Source: Candidatus Sulfomarinibacteraceae bacterium
Lineage (GTDB): Bacteria > Acidobacteriota > Thermoanaerobaculia > Thermoanaerobaculales > Sulfomarinibacteraceae
Length of the DNA: 64,000 nucleotides
Assembly: GCA_963796455.1 (NCBI GenBank)
Contig: CAWCLO010000001.1
Location: 832,001 to 896,000 of the forward strand
Direction of reading: 5' to 3'
The notes under the pieces were generated by a model. It worked only from the letters and a program-made list of their open reading frames with translations. It ran no database searches and was not told the origin of the DNA. The translations under genes and the position numbers were made by a program. Below are positions 31,075-42,240 of the stretch, one piece after another. Within the stretch, counting starts at the first letter, position 1; the number at the start of each line of letters is the position of its first letter.

Positions 31075-33030
31075 ATGGCCGACCCCAGCGCCACTATTCC
31101 GCCCAAAGAACACATCGCCGCAAAGGCGCACATCGCCTCGATCGAGGAGTACGAGCGTCTCTATCGGATGTCCCTGGATGAACCCGAGGCGTTCTGGAGC
31201 CAGCAGGCCGAGCGGCTGACATGGTTCCACCGCTGGAACGCGGTCTTCGATCACGATTACGAAAACGTCGATTTCGGTTGGTATCTGGGTGGCCGGCTCA
31301 ACGCCTGCTTCAACTGCGTCGACCGCCATCTCCACGAACGCGGCGACCAGGACGCGATCATCTGGGTCAAGGACGAGCCCGGCGAATACGAACACATCAC
31401 CTACCGGCAGCTCAAACACGAGGTGAGCCGGGTCGCCAATGTTCTCCGCTTTCACGGTGTGCGGCGCGGTGACCGCGTTTGTCTCTACATGCCGATGATT
31501 CCGGAACTCGCCTACACCATGCTCGCCTGCGCCCGCATCGGCGCCGTCCACTCCATCGTCTTCGGAGGTTTCAGCGCCGAGTCGATCCGCGATCGCATCA
31601 AAGACGCCGGGGCGAAGATGATTGTGACGGCCAACTACGGACTGCGCGGCGGCCGGACCCTTCGTCTCAAGGAGACGGTGGATCGGGCGGTTGAGGGTCT
31701 CGATATGGTCAAGACCGTTCTGGTTGCCCGCCGCGTTGAAACCGATGTCGAGATGAAACCCGGCCGCGACTTCTGGCTCGATGAGGAGTGCCGCCGCCAA
31801 CGCTCGACCTGCACCTACGAGTGGATGGGTTCCGAGGACCCCCTTTTCATTCTCTATACATCCGGTTCGACGGGCAAACCGAAGGGCGTTCTCCATACCA
31901 CCGGCGGTTATATGGTCTATGCAGCGATGACCCACGAACTGGTCTTTGACTACCAACCCGGTGAGATCTACTTCTGCGCGGCCGACATCGGGTGGATCAC
32001 CGGCCACAGCTACATCATCTATGGTCCCCTCGCGAACGGCGCCACAACGGTGATGTTCGAATCGGTTCCCACCTACCCCGATCCCGGACGCTACTGGCAG
32101 GTGGTCGATGATCTCGGAGTCAATATCTTCTATACCGCCCCCACCGCCCTCCGCGCCATCATCTGTTCGGGCAATGAGTACGTGACCAGGTACTCACGCG
32201 AGAGTCTTCGCATCCTCGGAACCGTCGGCGAGCCCATCAACCCCGACACCTGGACCTGGTATCACGACGTGGTCGGGAACGGCCGTTGTGCGGTGGTCGA
32301 CACCTGGTGGCAGACCGAAACCGGCGGCATCCTCATCACACCCCTACCCGGCGTGACGCCGCTCAAACCGGGCTCGGCAACCCTTCCGTTTTTTGGCATC
32401 AAACCAGCACTTGTTGACGACGAAGGCCGGCTCCTGGTCGAGACCGAGAGCAGCGGCAACCTCTGCCTCGAGCGCACCTGGCCAGGGCAGGCGAGGACGG
32501 TGTGGGGCGACCACGAACGTTTTCACGAAACCTATTTCACCCAATTTCCCGGACTCTATTTCACCGGCGACGGGTGCCGCCGCGATGCCGACGGTTACTA
32601 CTGGATCACCGGCCGGGTCGATGACGTCATCAACGTTGCAGGCCATCGTCTCGGAACTGCCGAAATCGAAAGCGCACTGGTCGAACACGAGGCCGCTGCC
32701 GAGGCCGCAGTTGTCGGTTATCCCCACCCCATCAAGGGCCAGGGGATTTTTGCTTTCGTGTTCCTCAATGACGATCTGCGGGGCAGCGACCCGCACGAGT
32801 TGACCGGAGCGCTCAAGGAGCAGGTCCGGCACGTCATCGGCCCCATCGCAACACCCGACGAGATCCTGATGGTCGACGCGCTGCCAAAAACCCGTTCGGG
32901 CAAAATCATGCGCCGTATTCTGCGTTGTATCGCGGCCGGTGAATATAACGACATGGGAAATGTCACGACCCTGGCCGATCCGTCGGTTGTCGAGACGCTG
33001 ATCAAGGCGCACAAGGGGATGAAGGGATAG
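31075..33030 (+). CDS. acs: Acetate--CoA ligase
   Basis: YTSGSTGKPKG, DTWWQTETGG, GHRLGTAEIES, PKTRSGKIMRR. Confidence 0.96.
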   Translation: MADPSATIPPKEHIAAKAHIASIEEYERLYRMSLDEPEAFWSQQAERLTWFHRWNAVFDHDYENVDFGWYLGGRLNACFNCVDRHLHERGDQDAIIWVKDEPGEYEHITYRQLKHEVSRVANVLRFHGVRRGDRVCLYMPMIPELAYTMLACARIGAVHSIVFGGFSAESIRDRIKDAGAKMIVTANYGLRGGRTLRLKETVDRAVEGLDMVKTVLVARRVETDVEMKPGRDFWLDEECRRQRSTCTYEWMGSEDPLFILYTSGSTGKPKGVLHTTGGYMVYAAMTHELVFDYQPGEIYFCAADIGWITGHSYIIYGPLANGATTVMFESVPTYPDPGRYWQVVDDLGVNIFYTAPTALRAIICSGNEYVTRYSRESLRILGTVGEPINPDTWTWYHDVVGNGRCAVVDTWWQTETGGILITPLPGVTPLKPGSATLPFFGIKPALVDDEGRLLVETESSGNLCLERTWPGQARTVWGDHERFHETYFTQFPGLYFTGDGCRRDADGYYWITGRVDDVINVAGHRLGTAEIESALVEHEAAAEAAVVGYPHPIKGQGIFAFVFLNDDLRGSDPHELTGALKEQVRHVIGPIATPDEILMVDALPKTRSGKIMRRILRCIAAGEYNDMGNVTTLADPSVVETLIKAHKGMKG

Positions 33031-33079
33031 CCCTTCATCCTCGATGCTGGATGCTGGATCACTCGTGCCCAGGTGCGAG

Positions 33080-33630
33080 TTTCGGACAGCGATCAGGGAC
33101 AGCGACGGTGAACGGCAGACAGCGTCAGCAAACAGGAGTCAGCGGCAGCGACCAGCGGCCGGGGCAGCGACAGCGCCAGCCAACACCAATCAATCCGTCG
33201 GGTCCAACAACCGCCAGGTCTTCGCACGGACTTGATCGCGATTCCTGCTGCTTCGAGGGCTTTCGAGTGGGCGACGAGGTTGGTGTTCGTGGCGGCGTTG
33301 GACATGGTCACCTCCGGGTCGTTCATGCCCTTACCCGCAAGCCGGTGTGGTGGCCGATTTCAAGGATGCCCTGCACCCTGCCTGTCCTTGACATCGGCCG
33401 CCCACCGGCTACCCCTTCCTCTGAACGACCCGGAGGTGGCCACTTCGTCGCCTGTACTCCTGACCGCCGCCGCTGATCACTGATCGCTGTTCCCTGTCGC
33501 TGGACGCGGTCGCTGTCCCTGTTCGCTGTTGCCTGTCGCTGCTAACTGTCGCTGCCGCTGCAATTCGGGCACAGACACGGACACGGGCACGGGCAACCGC
33601 GAACCGGATATGCCAACAACCAACCCGTAA
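33080..33630. mobile_element. Internally deleted copy of the four-helix-bundle element
   Basis: Left arm, gene 5' part, leader hairpin, right arm and CCGCGAACCGGATATGCCAA end all match 41394-42200. Confidence 0.75.
33190..33305 (-). pseudogene. Four-helix-bundle protein remnant with N- and C-termini joined out of frame
   Basis: MSNAATNTNLVAHSKALEAAGIAIK joined at CGATCAAG to DQVRAKTWRLLDPTD*; the intact copy ends DQVRAMTWRLLNPKF*. Confidence 0.85.
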
Positions 33631-33755
33631 ACCACTTGTTGTCAGGTGGGTAACTTCACGTGACGATCTGTTTTGGACAGCGGTGATCCAGTATCCAGTA
33701 TCCAGTATCGCCCGTCCGCGCTACGATGAGACAACAGCAATGAATCGGAGGCACG

Positions 33756-35760
33756 GTGGCTGCCGACAAACGAACGACCCCTGTATTTGACGTCGATTTC
33801 CCGAGTTCCGATATCTTCGCGCGACCCGCCACCAGCCAGTGGCAGTCGGCAGCGCAGCAATCTCTCGGATCGCGGCCTATGGATTCATTGATTTCCAAGA
33901 CCTACGAGGGTCTCGATATCAAACCTCTCTATACCGCTGTTGACCGCCCGCCCGATCTTCCAGGCACCGAGGCAATCGGCGGCCGGCGATGGGAAACCTG
34001 CTGTGCGATCGATCTTCGCGAGGCCGAACAGGCGGTCGTCGAGTCGGCCCGAAGCCTCGCCCAGGGCGCGGATTCGTTGTGGCTCAAGATCGACCGCCGC
34101 AGCAGCAACTGGGATCGCATCACCCTTGGTGTGATGACCCGCTTGCTCGAAGTGGCGGATGGTGCGCCGATCTATCTCGACGGTCGCGGGGTCGCACCCG
34201 CCCTGGCCGCCCTCACCGCAGGAGCTGCGCAGCGGCTCGGGGTCGAAGGAGCCCGGATTCGAGGCGGCGTGGACTTTGACCCCCTCGGTACGCTGGCGGC
34301 CGACGGGACGCTGGCCTGGAGTCTCGAGGCGAGCTTCGATCTGATGGTCGAGTTGGCGAGGTGGGCCGACGAACAGGCGCCGAATATGCGAAGTATCGCG
34401 GTCTCGACGGTGCCTTACGTCAACGCGGGCGCAACAGCGGTGGATGAGCTGACCTATACAATCGCTACCGGCGTCGAGTACCTGCGCCAACTGGAACGTG
34501 GCGGGCTGCCGCTCGAGAGTTGTTCCCGTCAGATCCGATTCGTGACGGCCGTGGGACGCGATTTTTTTATGGAGATCGCCAAGTTGCGGTCCATGCGCAT
34601 CCTGTGGAGGAGGGTCATCGAGGCCTGCGGAATCGACGGCATTCCTTCGGACCCACCGATTCACGCCCTCACCTCACCGCGCTGTCTGACCGGGCGCGAT
34701 CCCTGGGTCAACCTGCTTCGCGGCACCAATGAATCTTTTGCCGCCATCGTGGGCGGCGCCGATATCGTCACTGTCCTCCCCTTTGACTCTGCCGTCGGGA
34801 GATCGGACGAGTCCGCCAACCGCATCGCTCTCAATACCAGCCATATCCTCAAAGAAGAGTGTCACCTCGATCGCGTGGCCGATCCGGCCTCGGGCAGTTA
34901 TTTTGTCGATTCCCTCACTCGGGATCTCGCCACAGCTTCGTGGCAGAAGTTTCAAGCCATCGAATCCGCGGGGGGCATGAGTAGCTACCTACGATCCGGC
35001 GCGGTGGCTCGCGAGCTCGCAGAAACCCTGGCCCGAAGACGGCAGGCGATCTCGACCGTTCGCGAACCGATTACCGGCGTCAGCACCTACGCAAACCTCG
35101 AAGAGAAGAGCCTTCCTCGCAAAAAGGAAAAGACTGCGGCCCGGCCGATGCCCGACGACGAGGCAACCGGTGTCTATCGCGCCGTGGCAGCAGAGGATGC
35201 CACCTTTGCAGCAGCCATCGGCGCCGCCGCCGGAGGCCTCGCTCTCCCGGAATTAATTGAAATTCTTCCCGGTCACATGCAACCGGAACGTCTCTCCCCT
35301 CTGGTCACGGAACGCGACTCGCGTCCCTTTGAAATACTGCGCGATCTGGCGGAACAACATCTACAGCGCGTCGGTACGAGACCGCGGGTTTTTGTCGCGG
35401 CTTTCGGCCCCTCGAGAGAGCACCGCGCGGCGGCCAACCTGGTTCAGAATCTCCTGGCCGCGGGTGGCATCGCGACCGCATTTGCCGAGGCCATCGATGA
35501 TTCGGCCACCGCGGTGGCGGCCTACTCGGCCAGCGGCAGCAGTTCCGCGATCATCTGCGTTGCACCCGAACGGGCCGGGGAGTATGTCCCCGAGTTGGCG
35601 AGGGCTCTCAAAGACCGCGGCGCGCGCCGGGTCTTGTTGGCGGCACCACCGGGTGCTCGGGACCCGGAATGGCAGAGTGCCGGGGTTGACGGTCTGATCT
35701 ACAAGGGTTGTGACGCGGTCAAGCTACTGGGCGAGCTGCTCGAAATCGAGGGGGTGCAAC

Positions 35761-35768
<8 letters not shown>
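33756..35768 (+). CDS. mutA: Methylmalonyl-CoA mutase small (non-catalytic) subunit
   Basis: [49 protein letters not shown]; lacks DxHxxG. Confidence 0.88.
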
Positions 35769-37923
<2,155 letters not shown>

Positions 37924-37948
37924 CCTGGCTTGAACTCAGTCGGATCGT

Positions 37949-39233
37949 TCACTCTTCCTTTGGAAGCTCGGCTTCGTCACTCCAGTCGAACCACTCGATG
38001 TCGGTCACACCGGTGGATTCCGAGGTCAACAGCATGACGGCGCGGTAACCATCGGTGAACCAGGGGTCGCCGGTGAGATTCTGGCGCGGATCTTCTTTTG
38101 TGGCGGGTCCCACCCCACCCGTTCGTGCGAAGGCCTTCAGCGCCTGCGCGGCAATGAAGTCCTGGACAATCGACGACCGGGTCTCGTCCACGTTGGGGTC
38201 GATCCGGTGGGTGGTGAGCGTCTTGCTTTTCGACGTGAACCGACTCCCGATGTCGCGGCTGATCTGGCCGATGAAGACCGGCTTTCCGTTGGCGGTAATC
38301 GGCGCCAGCCACAACCGCAGGTGGTTGCGATAATGGATGTTGGAGCGCACTTTCTGGAGAGCCACATCCTGAGCCCTGCCATAGACATAGAGATTACTGA
38401 TGGGTGCGTAGCGGTAGGCGCCGCCAAAGATGCCGAAGACCCCGGTCTTCAACGCCGATCCCGTGCTCATGGCCGCCGTGGGATCCCACCCGGTTCGCAG
38501 AAAGGCCGGCCACACCGCGTCCGGGTCACCGATGATCACCAGATTGAGGGGATCGCCGGTCTTGGTTCCATCGCGGTTTTTGACCGTCTCGGGCTGCTCC
38601 TCGATCCACTTCTTGAAGTCTGATGCGTCCGTATAATCGATGATCTCCTGGTCCCCGTAAGATTTCGTGATAGATGTCGCCTTCGCCGAACTTGTGGTAG
38701 TCGGCGCGGAATCCAGGAATCTCGGTAACGAACTCCACATGAACCTGTTTCTCCTTGGAGAAAACTTCCACCAGAACCCATTTGACGCCTTTGCTTCGAT
38801 TGGTATAGACAAAGCCGTTCTTCGTCTCGCCGGGCGGAATCAAGAAGGACATATTGTTTTCGTAGTAGTAGTACTTTTTGGCGATGTTCGCCTTTTTGTT
38901 CCACGTCCAGCTGGTTTTCTGGGCCACCTCGAGGGGTGCGAAATAGTCGGGGTCCACGCTGCGCGGCATGAAGAGCATTTCCTCTTTGGTGTCATTCGTG
39001 ATTTCGATCCACACCGGCTGGATCTTCTTTTTGTAGAGCTTGCAGTCGAAGGCGGCCTTCGCCTCCTCAGCCGTAAGCACCACCACTGAAGCCGTCACGC
39101 CATCCTTGGTCTGGGTCGTCGCCCGCTCTTTGAAGCCCACGGCGTCGAAATCCATAGGGCTGAAGGTCTTGCAACCCGAGCCCAGAACAACGGCGAGCAA
39201 ACACATAAATACGAGTGATCGGTCGCTCTTCAT
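37949..39233 (-). CDS. LssY C-terminal-domain-like lipoprotein; one frameshift near 38660
   Basis: LGSGC lipobox in ORF 38526-39233; GDPLNLV, RNHLRLW, GQISRDIG, THRIDPNVD, NLTGDPWFTDG in ORF 37949-38812. Confidence 0.7.
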
Positions 39234-39283
39234 GATTGTCCTCCACTGTGCATCGGCTCAAAAATACCACGGCGGCGGGGGGT

Positions 39284-40234
39284 TCAATCGTCGAGCTCCT
39301 CGCACGAAGCGTTCCCCACCGACGCTGCCACCCAACGAGGTTCGCGAGTGAAAACCACATCCATTGAAAGATTGCCGAAGTCCTTTGCCAAGGCCTCTTC
39401 GATGGCCACCCGGCATGCATCGAGATCTCCGAGATCAGGGTCGATCTCACGACCGCAGATCACGTAGAGCTGAACATAGGTGAAGCGACCGATCTGTTGC
39501 ATGCGAATTCTTGTGTCAATCGCAGCCTCGTCGCCGAGCACCGTGTGAACTGCCGCAATCGCCTGCTCCTGCAGGCGGCGATCCGGTGCCTTGCCGAGCA
39601 TTTGATTCCAGTTGTCGCGGATGATCCCGAACGGGATCGGCAGGCTGAGAATCACCAGAACGATCACAACCACCGGGTCCGCATAGGGCAGTAAGTGGGC
39701 GTAGACTGAACCCGCAAGCAGGAAGGTGATGACGAAGGCCACCGCAACCGCCACCGACATCAGACCGTCGATCAGCCAGTTCTTCGAGTCCACCGCCAGG
39801 ATGGGTGACCCTGTCTTTTTTGCCAGGTTTCGTTGCGACAGGGCGATCGAAAAACAGCCCACGGCCGCTACCACCGCATAGATCGAAGCCCACCCGGCTT
39901 GAACTTCGCGCCCTCCGGCAAGCAGAACCTGGATGGCGGAGACCAGGGCAAAAAGGGTGACAAAGACCATCAGAAGGCCCTTGGTCAGATTGAGCATCGG
40001 CTCGTAGGCCGCATAGCCGAAGTGGTAGTTGTCGTCGTCCGGGCGCCGAACGAGAGTAGCCACCCGGAGCGACACCAACCCGATGGCAAAGCCGATCAAC
40101 GAAAAGAGCCCATCGAGGAGCACGGCGTCCGACTGCGTCAGGATCGCGAACCCGATACCCAAAGCCGCCATGAAAAGGGCGCCGAGAATTGACAGCCAGA
40201 GACCCTTTTTCTCCAGAATTTCATTCTTCGTCAT
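39284..40234 (-). CDS. Cation diffusion facilitator family transporter
   Basis: SDAVLLDGLFS, RPDDDNYHFGY, six hydrophobic segments, ADP motif. Confidence 0.87.
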   Translation of the reverse strand: MTKNEILEKKGLWLSILGALFMAALGIGFAILTQSDAVLLDGLFSLIGFAIGLVSLRVATLVRRPDDDNYHFGYAAYEPMLNLTKGLLMVFVTLFALVSAIQVLLAGGREVQAGWASIYAVVAAVGCFSIALSQRNLAKKTGSPILAVDSKNWLIDGLMSVAVAVAFVITFLLAGSVYAHLLPYADPVVVIVLVILSLPIPFGIIRDNWNQMLGKAPDRRLQEQAIAAVHTVLGDEAAIDTRIRMQQIGRFTYVQLYVICGREIDPDLGDLDACRVAIEEALAKDFGNLSMDVVFTREPRWVAASVGNASCEELDD

Positions 40235-40334
40235 GGCATCAGCATACCCGAGCGGTCGATCAGTATTGCCTCCCGCAGGTCATCCCACGTATGATTGTTG
40301 CAACAGAAGATCAATTGAGGATTCAAATATCTCC

Positions 40335-41342
40335 ATGCAACCGCGCAATCTGGCAATAAGCGACGCTCTTCGTGGCATACGGGACCGAGACCGTGCCGTT
40401 CTCGGAAAGGCCATCACCCTCGTCGAGTCGAATCTCGAGGCCGATCGATCGATCGCCCGGCAGCTGCTCACCCGCCTGCTCCCCCTCACCGGCGGTTCCT
40501 ATCGCATCGGCATCTCGGGTGTGCCCGGAGTCGGCAAAAGCAGTTTCATCGAGTCATTTGGGCTCCAGCTCATCGAGGCCGGTCACCGGGTGGCGGTGCT
40601 CGCTGTCGATCCCTCTTCATCGCTGTCCGGGGGATCGATCCTCGGTGACAAGACCCGCATGGAACGACTGGCGGCCCACGACGAGGTGTTTATCCGGCCC
40701 TCACCCACCGGTGGAACCCTCGGTGGTGTCGCCCGCAAGACCCGGGAGTCCATTCTGGTGTGTGAGGCGGCGGGCTACGACGTGGTGTTGGTGGAGACCG
40801 TCGGTGTCGGCCAGTCCGAGACCGCTGTCGCCGACATGGTCGATTTTTTTCTCGTTCTCAAACTCACCGGCGCCGGAGACGAGCTCCAGGGCATCAAACG
40901 CGGCATCCTCGAACTTGCCGATCTCATCTCCATCAACAAGGCGGACGGCGACAACCTGGAGGCTGCGGAAAATGCTCGCACCGAGTTCGAGCGAGCGCTC
41001 GATTTGCTGAGGTCAGAAGCCGAGAACGGATGGAAACCGAGGGTCGTGACCTCGAGCGGCCATACCGGCGACGGTCTCGACGAGATCTGGTCGATCATTC
41101 AGGAGCATCACACTCTTCTCAGCGAAAACGGTGAACTCAAAAATCTACGTCGCAGCCAGCTCATCGGTTGGATGTGGTCAATGGTCGACGAAGGTGTGCG
41201 GGTCGCGACTCGCGAACATCCGCGGGTCGCCGACAAGATTCAGGAACTCGAAAGCGAAATTCTCGCCGGCAAGATAGTTCCCACTGAAGCGGCAGAGAAG
41301 ATACTGGACGCACTCAACCTCGCACGGGGAGTGAAGGACTAG
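40335..41342 (+). CDS. meaB: Methylmalonyl-CoA mutase-associated GTPase
   Basis: GVPGVGKS, VDPSS..SGGSILGDKTRM, ETVGVGQSE, NKAD. Confidence 0.95.
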   Translation: MQPRNLAISDALRGIRDRDRAVLGKAITLVESNLEADRSIARQLLTRLLPLTGGSYRIGISGVPGVGKSSFIESFGLQLIEAGHRVAVLAVDPSSSLSGGSILGDKTRMERLAAHDEVFIRPSPTGGTLGGVARKTRESILVCEAAGYDVVLVETVGVGQSETAVADMVDFFLVLKLTGAGDELQGIKRGILELADLISINKADGDNLEAAENARTEFERALDLLRSEAENGWKPRVVTSSGHTGDGLDEIWSIIQEHHTLLSENGELKNLRRSQLIGWMWSMVDEGVRVATREHPRVADKIQELESEILAGKIVPTEAAEKILDALNLARGVKD

Positions 41343-41497
41343 GGATTCAAGCGGGTCAAGAATCCAGCATCACGCTTGTGCAAGACAGGTTCCCGGACGG
41401 CGCTCAGGGACAGCGACGGGGAACAGCAGACAGCGTCAGCGAACAGTATTCAGGAACAGCGTTCAGCGTTCAGTCTGACTTGTATGGAGAACCGAAA

Positions 41498-41851
41498 TCA
41501 GAACTTTGGGTTGAGCAAACGCCATGTCATGGCACGGACCTGGTCAAAGGCATTCATCGCTTCGCAAGCTTGATTCCGGCTGATCGCCCCGGCGTGGGCG
41601 AGGAGCTGCAAGTGGCTGTCAACCTCTTTCGCCGAAGCGTAGGCGATCCTCCAGTGGTTCGAACGGTCTCTTCCGATTCGGCCGTGCCCTTCTGCCAGGT
41701 TCGCAGGGACTGACCTTGCCGACCGGATCACTTGATCGGCTATGGATTTCAGCGGCGCTGGAACCCTCATCACGAGCTTGATCGCGATCCCTGCTGCTTC
41801 GAGGGCTTTCGAGTGGGCAACGAGGTTGGTGTTCGTGGCGGCGTTGGACAT
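41498..41851 (-). CDS. Four-helix-bundle protein (23S rRNA IVS-protein/Avd-like family)
   Basis: DQVIRSARSVPANLAEGHGR and IAYASAKEV family pattern; GGAGGTG SD before ATG 41851. Confidence 0.9.
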   Translation of the reverse strand: MSNAATNTNLVAHSKALEAAGIAIKLVMRVPAPLKSIADQVIRSARSVPANLAEGHGRIGRDRSNHWRIAYASAKEVDSHLQLLAHAGAISRNQACEAMNAFDQVRAMTWRLLNPKF

Positions 41852-41852
41852 A

Positions 41853-41987
41853 GTCACCTCCGGGTCGTTCATGCCCATTCCCACATGCCGGTGTGGTGGC
41901 CGATGTCAAGGATGCCCTGCACCCTGCCTGTCCTTGACATCGGCCGCCCACCGGCTACCCCTTCCTCTGAACGACCCGGAGGTGGCC
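41853..41987. promoter_or_regulatory. Long double-stem hairpin covering the SD of the four-helix-bundle gene
   Basis: Perfect 17-bp stem 41855-41871/41968-41984 and 15-bp stem 41898-41912/41931-41945; second copy at 33306-33441. Confidence 0.75.
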
Positions 41988-42207
41988 ACGCCGTCGCTCG
42001 CCTGATCGCTGCTCACGACCGCTGAATACTGAATACTAATCGCTGACCGCTGTTCCCTGTCGCTGCTCACTGTCACTGCCGCTGGACACTGATCGCTGCC
42101 CCTGAATACTGCCGCTGACCTCTGTCGCTGGCGCTGGACACTGTCGCTGCCGCTGCATTGCGGGCACGGGCGCGGGGGGACCCGCGAACCGGATATGCCA
42201 AACCCAA

Positions 42208-42237
42208 CCCCTGAACCCTGAACCCTGAACCCTGAAC
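42208..42237. repeat. Heptamer tandem repeat (CCCTGAA)x4
   Basis: ccctgaaccctgaaccctgaaccctgaac, between the element end and the porin stop codon. Confidence 0.85.
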
Positions 42238-42240
42238 GCG

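Larger units (their letters stand above)
41390..42205. mobile_element. Intact four-helix-bundle element: left CAGCG-rich arm, gene, leader hairpin, right CGCTG-rich arm
   Basis: Shares segments with four other loci in the window; arms are loosely complementary; no transposase is present, so mobility is inferred. Confidence 0.65.

Noticed and set aside
33630..33755. Cobalamin riboswitch upstream of mutA
   Set aside because: No B12-box seen; the structured region upstream belongs to the repeat element.
38640..38680. Programmed ribosomal frameshift in the LssY-like gene (likewise 44410 and 48770)
   Set aside because: No canonical slippery heptamer seen; a single-base sequencing indel is more parsimonious given the error-rich region downstream.
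41498..41851. Diversity-generating retroelement or retron suggested by the Avd-like fold and hairpin
   Set aside because: No reverse transcriptase in the window and no TR/VR pair with adenine-specific mismatches seen.
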